A DNA stretch of 64,000 bases from Promethearchaeota archaeon (GCA_048939625.1 JBHLPH010000009.1:16400-80399), one strand, 5' to 3'. Positions 28,497-38,928 are shown, counted from the stretch's first letter. Program-made: numbers and translations. The notes: generated by a model from the letters alone, not told the origin.

Positions 28497-30029
28497 TTAT
28501 TTGGATTTTCCTTTTCTTCTCTGTTCAAATTTCTTAGCCACTGTTTCGAAGTCTTCACCGAAAGCAGTTTCTTTGGTTTTCCGTTCACGCACTTGAATAA
28601 AGACAGGGTATCGCGTAGCTTGCCCTACTACTAATGCTTCTCCTACACTGAGGCTTGAAATCGATGTTAAGGTTGCTTTAGTGATTTTTTCAGAAGTAGC
28701 TCTTATGTGATCTAAGTCATATGGATTAGTAATTCGAAGAAAAATATTCGAACCACATTGTGAAAGAACCGTTGTTGAGAGTCGAACAGGTCGTTGGGAA
28801 ATTACACACAAGGAGAGGCTGTATTTTCGACCCTCCCGAGCAATGGTTTCAAGAATACCCTTTGAAAAAGCAAGAGCCCGTCGAGCCTCTGGGCAGAATT
28901 GATGGCTTTCTTCAAGAAATACAATTGTAGGGGGAATTTCTTCATCTCGTCGTAAGTCAAAAAGATGACGAAGAATAGCATCCACGATAATCTGCTTCTT
29001 TTGCAAACTCACTGTCTCGCTCATATCGAGAATCACCCCATGACCAGGCTTCATGAGCTTCTTCCATTCCGGGGTTGAAGTCTTTCCGAATAGATTGAGA
29101 CTTTGCAGATTGTCTAACCATCCAAGAAGCGCTTCCCTTGTACGGGTATTAATTGAAGGATCTTTTTCTAAGGCTGATATCAAATCGCTTAAATCATAAG
29201 GTTGTCCTTTTCGGACAGACCGTAGAGTTCTAATTACTCTAGTTAACTCACGAACTTGGATAGTACCCATTTCAGGTGAATAGGTAGCAAAGGCTTTTGC
29301 GTTCATCGCTGGTGTGGCAAGTTCAATTAATGGACTCCGAATTACTACTAACCGTTCCTCAGCATCTTTTCCCCTTATCTCTTGAGATTCTGTTAAACCG
29401 GTATATTCACCATGAACATCAATTACTAAAACTGCTGGACGTCCTTGGCTGGCTTTCCTGGAAAAGAGCTCTTCTAGCATAACAGCAGCAGCATAACTTT
29501 TACCTGCTCCACTCATGGCTAAGAGGGCAACGTGTTTCTGATATAACTTAGTTAAATTGAACAAAGCGGGAACATTATGAAAAAGTAACTGACCAAGATG
29601 AAGGCCATCCTTTTCAAATCCCAGGAAATCAGATAGCAGTTTTGAGTCTGGTGTAGAAACAACTGCACCGGGTGAGGGTGGGTAAGTAATACGTTGAATA
29701 CGCCCTTTCTCAAAAATCCCCAACGGTTTAGCTTGTGCTAAGACATATTCCCACCGATCGATAGGAAAAATTGCTCCAAAGGGTTTTCCTTGGCGCGTAA
29801 ACTCGTGCACGGCATCAACTTGCGAGAAATAACGATTTGTCTTGAAAACCTGTTCGACATGGGCAATTACCACTCCCTCTTCAGTTTCAACTGAAACGTA
29901 CTGTCCAACATGAACGGGTATCTTTCTATCATTATTTAGTTCATCACGTTTTCCGATGACAAAGGATATCTTCTCTGTCGACGGGCCATCTTCTGTGCAT
30001 ACAACAGTTCCAAGTGTTTCCTGGGTCAT
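28497..30029 (-). CDS. herA: HerA bipolar helicase/translocase
   Basis: N-terminal HAS barrel, HVALLAMSGAGKS, DVHGEY, EESHQF, IAREGRKY, SQRP. Confidence 0.93.
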   Translation of the reverse strand: MTQETLGTVVCTEDGPSTEKISFVIGKRDELNNDRKIPVHVGQYVSVETEEGVVIAHVEQVFKTNRYFSQVDAVHEFTRQGKPFGAIFPIDRWEYVLAQAKPLGIFEKGRIQRITYPPSPGAVVSTPDSKLLSDFLGFEKDGLHLGQLLFHNVPALFNLTKLYQKHVALLAMSGAGKSYAAAVMLEELFSRKASQGRPAVLVIDVHGEYTGLTESQEIRGKDAEERLVVIRSPLIELATPAMNAKAFATYSPEMGTIQVRELTRVIRTLRSVRKGQPYDLSDLISALEKDPSINTRTREALLGWLDNLQSLNLFGKTSTPEWKKLMKPGHGVILDMSETVSLQKKQIIVDAILRHLFDLRRDEEIPPTIVFLEESHQFCPEARRALAFSKGILETIAREGRKYSLSLCVISQRPVRLSTTVLSQCGSNIFLRITNPYDLDHIRATSEKITKATLTSISSLSVGEALVVGQATRYPVFIQVRERKTKETAFGEDFETVAKKFEQRRKGKSK

Positions 30030-30046
30030 TTGATGTTCACCTTCTC

Positions 30047-31219
30047 TTAATGAAACGGCATTCTTTCCCGACGGAGTTTCAACAGACTCTGAGGATAACC
30101 TATTCGATTTGCTAATTGCGTAAATAGAAAGTCAAGATCACGTTCAATTAACCGCGCCTGAGAATCTGCGTCAATGAGCACAGTGGGAAGAGCAAATCCT
30201 TCATTCTCAGAGGACATTGGAAGTAGTATCGAACTTACTTTTTCTACAATCCGCGCTGGATCAAAGGAACCTGTAAAAATCTCAATTCTTAGAGGATAAT
30301 CAAATTGCGCGGTTCGCAGATAAATACAGACAAGATTTCTATTGTTTAAGACATCCTCAGCATCCACCTCAAGTGAGTCATCGAATTTTTCTCCATTTAA
30401 TCGCATTATTGGTGATCGTTCACCAACATCAAGTGTTCTGAAAAAGAAATCAGTATCGTAACTGGTTCGTAATATTGTTCGATAATCCATCTGTAACAAG
30501 GATTTCAAACCTGCATGTTGTTTTATCAGATGTGGTAGAATCTCGCCAAATATCTTAATGAATAGTTGGCTTCGACTATCTTTCACAACTCCAGCTAGCA
30601 ACGTTCCTGTTTCACGAGTTTTTTCATAAAGTTCATCAAAGAGTGCTGTAATCCGTTCATATTTTGCCGAGAATACTGATTGATTGGAAGGCCGATCACT
30701 GATATGTGGCCTTAGTGACCCATCTAGTAAAAGCAGTTCTACAGGATGATGATCTTGAACGCGGATTGCCAATTCAAGTTCAGCCCTGAGTCTTTCGAGA
30801 GAAGCACTCACCTCTGCTTCACGCCAAGATATGGGATTTAATTCTGCTTTCACCGTCGGGGGCGTCGATTTTTCAGGAAAATAGATTGCTGATACCCGAT
30901 TTGATGGTGTAAACTCAAAAATTGTAGCACAAGCACGGGTAATTACAAGTTCGATACCTCGCAGGGTCTTCTTAAGGAGTCCTCCATCAACACCACCCAC
31001 GCGCAGTCCAGTAAGATCAATTGGTTTCACGGTTTGTGCAAGTTGAGCATCACATAGATACTGTTGGGCTAACGGAATGTTTTCATGTAAATTCAGCCTT
31101 TGACGTTCACCTCGAATTATCGATGCAAACGAATTTCTTTTTTCTTCAATGACCTGAATTTTATCTGCAATCTTCTGTATCGTCTCATCGAGCGCCCAAA
31201 GCTCCCTAATTGTTTTCAT
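30047..31219 (-). CDS. nurA: NurA nuclease
   Basis: GVDGG, LLLLDGSL, GVVKDS, P.VLIDAD..AR; adjacent to herA. Confidence 0.92.
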   Translation of the reverse strand: MKTIRELWALDETIQKIADKIQVIEEKRNSFASIIRGERQRLNLHENIPLAQQYLCDAQLAQTVKPIDLTGLRVGGVDGGLLKKTLRGIELVITRACATIFEFTPSNRVSAIYFPEKSTPPTVKAELNPISWREAEVSASLERLRAELELAIRVQDHHPVELLLLDGSLRPHISDRPSNQSVFSAKYERITALFDELYEKTRETGTLLAGVVKDSRSQLFIKIFGEILPHLIKQHAGLKSLLQMDYRTILRTSYDTDFFFRTLDVGERSPIMRLNGEKFDDSLEVDAEDVLNNRNLVCIYLRTAQFDYPLRIEIFTGSFDPARIVEKVSSILLPMSSENEGFALPTVLIDADSQARLIERDLDFLFTQLANRIGYPQSLLKLRRERMPFH

Positions 31220-31303
31220 TTAGGCTAGCCCCTTCTACATTTTCACAGTTTAACTAGTCAATGTCTAAAATTAAATCGTGGTAACACTCTATAAACGCAA
31301 CCA

Positions 31304-31891
31304 ATGTCATCCCTTATCCCCCCTCTAGAAGATGCCCGGAAGCTGCTTTATGAAATCATTTCCGATCCTCAGATACGACGGCATTGTGAAGCAACTCGGA
31401 TTAAGGCAGTACAAATTGCAAATATGATAGCAACAAAGGTCCAATGTGATATAGATTTAGTAGAAATTGGTGGGCTGCTGCATGATATCGGTCGAGCTAA
31501 GAAACATGATGTGACACACGGGTATGTTGGGGGACAGTTATTACTCAAACATCAATATCCCAAAGGCATTAGAAAGATAGTTGAAAAACACGTTTTGGGC
31601 GGATTTACAAAATTTGAAGCAGAAACCTTGGGATTGCCAAACCGGGACTTTATTCCCGAAACCTGGGAAGAAAAAATTGTATGTGTTGCTGATAAACTAA
31701 GAATATATGAGTGGGATGGAATATCTCAACCCCAAGATTGGCTAACTGAGGTCAATAAACGTTTTTCAAAACTAACTCAACATTTTGGCTCAGGAGAACC
31801 TTATCATTCATCGATGGAACGGGCTAGGCAGTTCACACAGGAATTGGCAGTTCAAGCTGGGTCTAGCTTAAACATTAAGGAACCAAAATAA
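31304..31891 (+). CDS. HD-domain phosphohydrolase (HDIG type)
   Basis: RHC, LLHDIGR, H...HG, PETWEEKIVCVADK. Confidence 0.88.
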   Translation: MSSLIPPLEDARKLLYEIISDPQIRRHCEATRIKAVQIANMIATKVQCDIDLVEIGGLLHDIGRAKKHDVTHGYVGGQLLLKHQYPKGIRKIVEKHVLGGFTKFEAETLGLPNRDFIPETWEEKIVCVADKLRIYEWDGISQPQDWLTEVNKRFSKLTQHFGSGEPYHSSMERARQFTQELAVQAGSSLNIKEPK

Positions 31892-32666
31892 TGGAAAAAA
31901 GTGGTGGATAAATCACCAATGCCAAAACAAAGACGATTACTGTGGTCAGAAGTGGAACCGTAAGATTATCAGCACCAGCGGGGCTAAAAGCTTCGATTAT
32001 AGTTGCAGACAAAGCACAGATGAAGCTGAGAATGAGTATTTGTAATATATTGAAAATTGGGAAACCACCTGTGGCAAAATAATCCAGAAACAACCAACAA
32101 ATCCAGCTGCCAAAGAAGGATCCGAAAAATACAGCTATGGATCCCTCAACACTTCGAGTTGCTTTCCAGATTGTATACTTATGTTTGCCGAACTTCATTC
32201 CCACTATGGGGGCGATTCCGTCTCCAAGATACATGGCCGTTAGAGCCATTGCCGCAAGCACATAAACGGGAGTCAATGGGGGAATAAGTGTGAAAATTGA
32301 TACTAGAATCGTTATTGAAATTGCATATAGAAAAGGTCCCCAAATATGTCCTGAGAGATAATCTTCTTCGCGCGCCATTACCTCGAACATGGTTTTGAGA
32401 CTCTTAATAGGGCTTTTGGGGGATGCAAGGAAAATCAGAATGACAAAAGAAACGGCCACGATAATTGCTGCCCAAGCATGTGTGTAAAATGGGATTGTGA
32501 AAACAGAGAACCCAGCAAATAGGTGAATAAATTTTCGAGTCATTGCAGGAGGGTAATTACGCCATCTTCGCAAGCCTTCCCCGATAACCAGAACACCAAT
32601 AACCCAAATGAATGCAATAGCCAGAACGATTAAATCAGTTGAAGTGGGGAACGCTGGTTGCATCAT
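31875..32666 (-). CDS. Phytol/dolichol kinase-like membrane protein (CTP-dependent polyprenol kinase family)
   Basis: TRKFIH, GDGIAPIVG..FG, RSVEGS, ADNLTVP. Confidence 0.85.
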   Translation of the reverse strand: MMQPAFPTSTDLIVLAIAFIWVIGVLVIGEGLRRWRNYPPAMTRKFIHLFAGFSVFTIPFYTHAWAAIIVAVSFVILIFLASPKSPIKSLKTMFEVMAREEDYLSGHIWGPFLYAISITILVSIFTLIPPLTPVYVLAAMALTAMYLGDGIAPIVGMKFGKHKYTIWKATRSVEGSIAVFFGSFFGSWICWLFLDYFATGGFPIFNILQILILSFICALSATIIEAFSPAGADNLTVPLLTTVIVFVLALVIYPPLFSIILVP

Positions 32667-32760
32667 ACACCACCTACTTCATTCGTTTCGCGTCTTATAC
32701 TTTCAACTATTTATACTGGGTGGGAGCCATCAAAGATTCTTTAAGGTGAGAAGTATTTCT

Positions 32761-33507
32761 ATGGATAGAATGGACCAAGGTGCACGCGACAATCTACTCC
32801 GCAGTATAGCTGGTGAAATTACTTTAGCTGAGAATCCTGGGCGAATCATGCGCAAATGGCGGGAACAATTTGGCGTCGCCCAGCATGAATTAGCCGATCA
32901 CCTTGGGATTTCTCCTTCAGTGATAAGTGATTATGAAAGTGGTCGGAGAAAATCACCACGAGTTGAAACAATTCGAAAATTTGCTGAAAGTCTTATATCA
33001 ATTGATGAAAGCCGGGGAAGCCAAATTGTAAAGGCTTTCATCCGGCTACTTGGCCAGGAGATTCCTTCGGATATTTTATTAGACATACGAGAGTTTCCTG
33101 CTGCAATTCCTGTAAAACTGCTTACCGATCACTTAGAGTGCAAAACGGTTGTTGAAGATATTATTCAAGATCGTGAAATTTTTGGTTACACGACTATTGA
33201 TAGTCTCCGAGCCATTCTCCAACTCTCTCCTGAGCAAATGTTGAAACTATATGGAGCGACTCCACACCGTGCCGCAATCTTTACTCGCGTTAGTACAGGT
33301 CGGTCGCCAATGGTTGCTATTCGAACATCACAAATGGGATTGGGACCTGCAGTACGCCCCTCAGTTGTCATTCTTCATGGACCTAAAAAAGTAGATTCTG
33401 TTGCCTGTAAAATTGCGGAAGTTGAAAAGATTCCTCTATACCTTTCTTCTATCAAAGAAACCGAAGACCTAGTAAAAAGGCTGCGAAACTTTAAGCCCGG
33501 GGTGTAA
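32761..33507 (+). CDS. Archaeal XRE-type HTH regulator (COG1709-like)
   Basis: IAGEITL, MRKWRE.F, SPSVISDYESGRRKSP, GYT.IDS, FTRVSTGRSPMVAIR. Confidence 0.88.
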   Translation: MDRMDQGARDNLLRSIAGEITLAENPGRIMRKWREQFGVAQHELADHLGISPSVISDYESGRRKSPRVETIRKFAESLISIDESRGSQIVKAFIRLLGQEIPSDILLDIREFPAAIPVKLLTDHLECKTVVEDIIQDREIFGYTTIDSLRAILQLSPEQMLKLYGATPHRAAIFTRVSTGRSPMVAIRTSQMGLGPAVRPSVVILHGPKKVDSVACKIAEVEKIPLYLSSIKETEDLVKRLRNFKPGV

Positions 33508-33515
33508 ACCAAGAA

Positions 33516-34283
33516 GTGCATGCCATTTATTTTGTTGGTACAGCAGGATCAGGAAAATCAACTCTAACGGATCAGTTCGCTCGTTGGTTACGGGATTCTA
33601 AAATCAGTGTAGGTACCGTAAATCTAGACCCGGGTGTCTTACAACTTCCTTATGGGCCGGATATCGACGTTAGAGATTTTGTCTCACTTCAAGGAACTAT
33701 GGAAAAATACAACTTGGGTCCTAATGGTGGGCTAATCGCTTCTATCGATTTAATAAGCTCCCACTTAGAAACTCTTCAAGATGAAATCAAAGACCTTGGC
33801 GTCGATTTCTTATTATTTGATACTCCAGGGCAAATTGAATTGTTTGCATTTCGAGAGACCGGACCAATTATTGTATCGAGTCTTGGTGAAAAAAGCAAAA
33901 TGCTCATTTATCTAGTCGATGCCGCATTAGGGAAAACCCCTGCCGGAATGATTTCATCGCTTTTGCTTTCCGCTTCTGTACTAGTTCGTTTTAATTTACC
34001 TCAACTGAATGTATTATCTAGAGCTGACCTTCTTAGTGAGGAGCAATTAGAGCAATTAACAAGCTGGCTTGATGATAGTGCTCAGCTAATTTTCGCGCTT
34101 CAGGAAACAAGAAACGAATTACAAATTGAGCTTTCGAGCGACCTAGTCAATGCCATTCAGCGTATCTTTTCTGGGTTAGATGTAGTCCCTGTGTCTGCCT
34201 TGAATCTGGAAAATTTAGATCTTCTATTTTCTCACGTCTCGAATGTCTTAACTGGCGGAGAAGGATTTGAAGTCTTTAGATAA
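33516..34283 (+). CDS. GPN-loop GTPase
   Basis: GTAGSGKS, NLDPG, LGPNGG, DTPGQIELF. Confidence 0.94.
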   Translation: MHAIYFVGTAGSGKSTLTDQFARWLRDSKISVGTVNLDPGVLQLPYGPDIDVRDFVSLQGTMEKYNLGPNGGLIASIDLISSHLETLQDEIKDLGVDFLLFDTPGQIELFAFRETGPIIVSSLGEKSKMLIYLVDAALGKTPAGMISSLLLSASVLVRFNLPQLNVLSRADLLSEEQLEQLTSWLDDSAQLIFALQETRNELQIELSSDLVNAIQRIFSGLDVVPVSALNLENLDLLFSHVSNVLTGGEGFEVFR

Positions 34284-34346
34284 TGTTATTCGACTAAAAG
34301 GTTTTAATTTGGCATCGCTTGATGTATGAGCTACCCGGTGAAGTGT

Positions 34347-35060
34347 ATGTCGAAAGTCGATGATATCATCTCAACTGCTCGTTCAGAAAATCGTACTTAT
34401 CTCCTCGAACATGAATCAAAGAAAATATTGCAAATCTACAAATTACCTGTAACTACCTTTCAAATCGCCGAAACTCAGGAGGCTGCGGTCAAAGCCGCGG
34501 ACACAATTGGTTATCCTGTGGTTCTTAAAATTCTAAGCCCAGATGTCATTCACAAAAGTGACGTTGGCGGAGTTCTAATTAATCTTAAAGATGCCGATGC
34601 AGTCCGCGACGGTTATCAGAAGATAATCTCTAGTGTTAAGAAGCACAAAAAAGATGCAAGAATCCGGGGCATATTTGTTGAAGAATTTGCAGCCAAGGGC
34701 GTTGAAGTTATTATAGGCGCAATAAAAGATCCCCAATTTGGACCTGCTCTTATGTTTGGTTTAGGGGGAATTTTTGTCGAGGTTCTTAAGGATGTAAGCT
34801 TTCGAGTTGCACCAATCACCAAGTATGATGCTCAAGAAATGATCCAAGACATCAAGGGCTATCCTATACTTACTGGTATTCGTGGACAGGAACCTCGTGA
34901 CATTAACGCTTTGATGAATATCTTGTTACAGGTCTCAAAATTAGTCATAGACTACCCAGTTATCAATCAGCTTGATCTAAATCCCGTCTTTTCATATGCT
35001 AAAGGCGCGAAGTGTGTGGATGCACGGATAATCTTAGAAGACCTCGACCAATCTCAATAG
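34347..35060 (+). CDS. ADP-forming acyl-CoA synthetase beta subunit (ATP-grasp)
   Basis: GYPVVLKI.SP...HKSDVGGV, DPQFGP..MFGLGGIFVE, LDLNP, VDARI. Confidence 0.92.
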   Translation: MSKVDDIISTARSENRTYLLEHESKKILQIYKLPVTTFQIAETQEAAVKAADTIGYPVVLKILSPDVIHKSDVGGVLINLKDADAVRDGYQKIISSVKKHKKDARIRGIFVEEFAAKGVEVIIGAIKDPQFGPALMFGLGGIFVEVLKDVSFRVAPITKYDAQEMIQDIKGYPILTGIRGQEPRDINALMNILLQVSKLVIDYPVINQLDLNPVFSYAKGAKCVDARIILEDLDQSQ

Positions 35061-35114
35061 ATTCTTTCCTTTTTGTTGACGTATTACCAATCTTGGTGTA
35101 AAGCTCCGTTAGTT

Positions 35115-35573
35115 GTGAACTGCCCCTACATCACTGTAGAGGCTTCCATCGAGTCCACTCCCAAGTGTAAGCGTGGGAAAGCTGTGTGTCGATGCAAACC
35201 ACGCAAGAATGCTTGTAATGGCTCCCCGTTCACAGGGGGTTGCTGCAATAGGAACCGCACCATGATATTAACTGCCGCGTTCTGGTCTCGGTCTAGGACG
35301 GTTCCACAATTGCATTGAATGGTGCGCTCCGATAGTCGCCGCGGTCGTACCTTGCCACAAACACAACATTTCTGAGTAGTTCCGGCTTCGTCAATTCTTA
35401 TTAGACTTTTCCCTACTTTCTTGGTTTTGTAGGTTAGTTTTCCAATGGTATAGTCTTTCAGCAAGGGCAAAGTTGTAGAGAAGACGACATTTTTCAGAGA
35501 GAGCCCATAAGATGCGGGCTTGAGCTTTCGTGGGTTTGATGGGGATTTTGTAAGTAAGCAACATCGAAGGCAT
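35115..35573 (-). mobile_element. tnpB: IS200/IS605-family tnpB remnant (internal deletion and frameshift) with intact right end
   Basis: N-terminal TYKIPIKPT..Q...CRLLYNFAL joined out of frame to C-terminal KLTYK..TTQKCCVCG..CNCG..DRDQNAAVNI; subterminal hairpin GCCTCTACA-GTGA-TGTAGGGGC followed by AGTTCAC end; left end not located. Confidence 0.88.
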
Positions 35574-35759
35574 ATTAAGGAAATATGGGTTTACGGTGAA
35601 TTTTCAGTCTCTAGGGGAGAGGGGTGCGGATAGCTATTCAGATAATTACTCCCCACGTTGAAAAAAGGGAAAAGTTTAACAAAAAGATTAAAAATCCCTT
35701 TTCTATACACCCTCCCCCTCCAAAATCCCATGATATGTTTTCTTAAATAAGGTGGTCTA

Positions 35760-36629
35760 GTGTCGGAGGACGCTGTTCTTCAGCTAGCCGAAATAAATCG
35801 GCTTGCAGCAACATTGCGAGAGAAACGAGATGAGCTGAATAACGAAGCTCAAAAACTAGTTAAAGAAAGGGATAAGCTCAATGCCCAAGTTGCAGAGTGG
35901 CTATCTAAGGCTCGCGACCACCGCGAAAAGCGTGATGAGTATAACCAAAAGGTAGCTGAGTTCAAAGTCAAACGGGATGAAATCTATACGAAACTCAAAG
36001 AAAAGGTTGATGAGAGACAAGGAAATGAAGATGACGCTGAAGAAATTCAGAAAAAAACTTCTGCTCCTTCTCATGTTATCCGGCGAAAAATCCGTGAACT
36101 AGATTGGTCCTTACAGACACAGGTTTTAGACTTGAAAAGAGAACGCGAAATCATCGAACAAATTGCTGAGCTCGAAGCTGAGTTGAAAGTCGCTGAAGAC
36201 GCAGCAGCAAAACGCAAAGAAAGTGCAAAGGCTCGAACAGAAATTGAGGATTTAAGACTACTAATGAATGCTCATCATAATTCAGTTCTCGAATTTGCAC
36301 GCCTTTCGCAAGAAGAAAATCAACTTATGATAGAAGCTTATGCAGAAGTAGATGCTCTTAGAAAGAGAGCTGACGAATCCCATCGTCGGTATTTAGAGAC
36401 TCGCCGTGAGGCGGATGAGACGCATCGACGCTATATTGAAGCCAGACAGGAGAATAGTCGACTCAGAAAGGAATTGGGTGAGTTTCGCGTCCGACAACGT
36501 GTAGAGAAGATTCAAGCCATGGAAGAGCGCCTCGAGGAGAAAACTACGGTTGCTCTTGAAAAACATAAGCGTGGAGAACGGCTTACCATGGAAGAATTTT
36601 CTTTGCTTATGAAACGTGGGCTTTTATAG
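35760..36629 (+). CDS. Archaeal coiled-coil protein (COG1340-like)
   Basis: Repeated KRDELN/ERDKLN/KRDEYN heptads, LQT..L...E..I, GERLTMEE. Confidence 0.85.
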   Translation: MSEDAVLQLAEINRLAATLREKRDELNNEAQKLVKERDKLNAQVAEWLSKARDHREKRDEYNQKVAEFKVKRDEIYTKLKEKVDERQGNEDDAEEIQKKTSAPSHVIRRKIRELDWSLQTQVLDLKREREIIEQIAELEAELKVAEDAAAKRKESAKARTEIEDLRLLMNAHHNSVLEFARLSQEENQLMIEAYAEVDALRKRADESHRRYLETRREADETHRRYIEARQENSRLRKELGEFRVRQRVEKIQAMEERLEEKTTVALEKHKRGERLTMEEFSLLMKRGLL

Positions 36630-36634
36630 GAACT

Positions 36635-37054
36635 TCAATTGGCGATTGGAAGCACGACATCTGCAGCATTCTGTAATCCTGTGTTTAGCTTTTCTGCGGT
36701 ATAGAGTAGAATCACTTCTTTACCGAGTTCTCGGGCACGGCTAAATAGGGGTAGAAGTTTTTCATTTTCCGTTGCAAAAGCGATGGTTTGAATTTTTTCG
36801 TTATAAATAAACTCCATCGCTTCTAAGGCAAAATGAATATCGAGATCATCATGAACTATAACAGGGATGAAGCCTTCCTGTGAAATAAGCTTAGAATATT
36901 CAGTAGCTTGTTTTTGAAGAATAACAACTTTGCCTACTTTTATGTCGCCAAGTTCGTCTAATAATGGTCGAAGCTTAAGTAATATCTCTGAAAGGTCTGA
37001 TGAAAAACTGCTATCGACTAACAAAGCTACTGCATTTTTCTTTTTTCGTCTCAT
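36635..37054 (-). CDS. Degenerate NYN/LabA-domain protein (TIGR00288-like)
   Basis: ALLVD, GDIKVGKV, DLDI..ALEAME.IYN..I, ARELGKEVI, LQNAAD. Confidence 0.7.
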   Translation of the reverse strand: MRRKKKNAVALLVDSSFSSDLSEILLKLRPLLDELGDIKVGKVVILQKQATEYSKLISQEGFIPVIVHDDLDIHFALEAMEFIYNEKIQTIAFATENEKLLPLFSRARELGKEVILLYTAEKLNTGLQNAADVVLPIAN

Positions 37055-37065
37055 TTGGCTCTCTC

Positions 37066-37857
37066 CTAGTTACCGAACCTTCGATCTCTTCGTTGGTAAG
37101 TACGTAAGGCACGCCAAAAATCGATTTTCCTTATATCTGGCCAATACACATCTGCAAAATAGAGTTCAGAATATGCTGACTGCCATAATAAGAACCCTGA
37201 CAGTCTCTCCTCTCCAGAGGTCCGAATGATTAACTCTGGATCAGCAATTCCTGCCGTGTAGAGGTGTTTTTCTATAGTGGAATCTGAAATTTCTGAGGGA
37301 TCCAAAGTTCCATTTTGAACCTTTTTTGCTATACTTTTTACTGCATCAACAATCTCCATTCGTCCGCCATACCCTATTGCCACATTCAACTGAAATTTAT
37401 CATAGTTAGTAGTCACTGATTCTGCTTCTTGAATGGCATCAAGTACAGAAGGAGGAAGAAGCGCTAATTGACCTATTGCACGAACTCGAACCTTGTGACG
37501 ATGGACAACCTCTGAGCGCGCAACAGTCTCGAATCTTTGTTGGGCTAAATCCATAATATGTTGAACTTCTTCTTCCTTTCGTGAAAAATTCTCAGTTGAA
37601 AACACATAAATGGTTACGACTTTGACCCCAGCTTCAAAACACCAGTCAAGGACCTCATCAATTCGTTGAGCTCCTATGGTGTGCCCAAAGCTGCTATCCT
37701 GATTTTGCTGTTTTGCAAATCGCCTATTCCCATCTAATATTATCCCGACATGGGTTGGCATCGGATTATCTTTGATTTGGCGCCAAAGATACCATGAATA
37801 AAGGTGATAGATAGGTCCAATAAGATTTGTCAAAGTCAGTTCTCCGGTTAAAGGCAA
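37066..37857 (-). CDS. uppS: cis-prenyltransferase (polyprenyl diphosphate synthase)
   Basis: HVGIILDGNRR, FSTENF.R, YGGR.EI, IRTSGEERLSGFLLWQSAYSE. Confidence 0.96.
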   Translation of the reverse strand: MPLTGELTLTNLIGPIYHLYSWYLWRQIKDNPMPTHVGIILDGNRRFAKQQNQDSSFGHTIGAQRIDEVLDWCFEAGVKVVTIYVFSTENFSRKEEEVQHIMDLAQQRFETVARSEVVHRHKVRVRAIGQLALLPPSVLDAIQEAESVTTNYDKFQLNVAIGYGGRMEIVDAVKSIAKKVQNGTLDPSEISDSTIEKHLYTAGIADPELIIRTSGEERLSGFLLWQSAYSELYFADVYWPDIRKIDFWRALRTYQRRDRRFGN

Positions 37858-37902
37858 AAGCCCAGGATATTTAATCTTTCTTTTTAGAAACTATCTAAGC
37901 AA

Positions 37903-38286
37903 TTATCGGTCTAATTTCTTTGCAATTTTCTTAGCAGCTCGTTCCATATTGATAAAAACCAAGCCAAGACCCGCAAGAGATTCGGTTTTTGTACTAACCA
38001 TTAGAACCGAATCAGATCCCGCGGCAACCATGATCACTGCTCCTGTTCCCCCTTGCGCAAATACCTGATGTAATGCTCCTTTCCCCAAATCGGAGGCTGC
38101 CCTTTCGCCAACCGTCAGTAAAGCCGCGCTCATTGCAGCTAATAACGTTTCGTCGTATCCTTCTGGCAGTTTCGCCGCAATTGGTAAACCATCAACACCT
38201 ACAACTACCGCTGCTTCAATTTCCTCAACCGTATCAGTTAGACTCTCTAAAATTTTCTCAATTTCGGGTGAACTCGGAATCATCAA
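37903..38286 (-). CDS. Roadblock/LC7 (MglB-like) protein
   Basis: AAVVVGVDGLPIA, LAAMSAALL..GE, LGLVFINM. Confidence 0.9.
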   Translation of the reverse strand: MMIPSSPEIEKILESLTDTVEEIEAAVVVGVDGLPIAAKLPEGYDETLLAAMSAALLTVGERAASDLGKGALHQVFAQGGTGAVIMVAAGSDSVLMVSTKTESLAGLGLVFINMERAAKKIAKKLDR

Positions 38287-38293
38287 CGTTCTT

Positions 38294-38881
38294 CTAACTC
38301 GCGGATGCTTTTGCAGACGTCTTAGGGTACAAATGGTACATCAAGATATCGCGAGTTACTTGGCGAAACGCGCGTTTAACATTTTCACCTGTTAAGGCGC
38401 AAGTGGTAAAGTTTGGCGCGTTTCCCAATCCCAGCTTCGCAAGCATGACATTCTTTTTCATTGCACTGGGTAAATCCTGCTTATTCAACATAACTACAAG
38501 ACTTATGGAGTGCCCAAGATCTTCACTAACGAAGGAACGCAACTCTGCCATACTTTCGATGTTTGCTTCCATCTGATCCGGAGATGAATCTGCAACAAAA
38601 ATAATGCCATCAACACCGCTTAAGATGACCTTTCGCTGTCCCCGATGACGTCGCTGTCCAGCAACTGTGTAAACATCAAAAACTACCTGCGCTGTTGCCT
38701 GCATTGGTGTATAATCAAAAAAGAGAGTTCTTCCTGTATGATCTGCAACCGACGTGAAGCCACCTTTATTTAACCCTTCAATGTTATCATATATCCATCG
38801 AAGCGCTGTTGTCTTGCCCGATAACGAGGGTCCCCAGAAGACGATTTTAAAATGTATTCTTCCCTGTGTGTCTTTCTTCAA
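38294..38881 (-). CDS. MglA-like small GTPase
   Basis: KIVFWGPSLSGKTT, RTLFFD, YTVAGQ, GVDGIIFVADS, NKQD, CA..G. Confidence 0.9.
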   Translation of the reverse strand: MKKDTQGRIHFKIVFWGPSLSGKTTALRWIYDNIEGLNKGGFTSVADHTGRTLFFDYTPMQATAQVVFDVYTVAGQRRHRGQRKVILSGVDGIIFVADSSPDQMEANIESMAELRSFVSEDLGHSISLVVMLNKQDLPSAMKKNVMLAKLGLGNAPNFTTCALTGENVKRAFRQVTRDILMYHLYPKTSAKASAS

Positions 38882-38928
38882 AGTAGGACGGCTCCTTCTA
38901 TGTTCGCGTTGCTCTTATCCCGTCCCCA

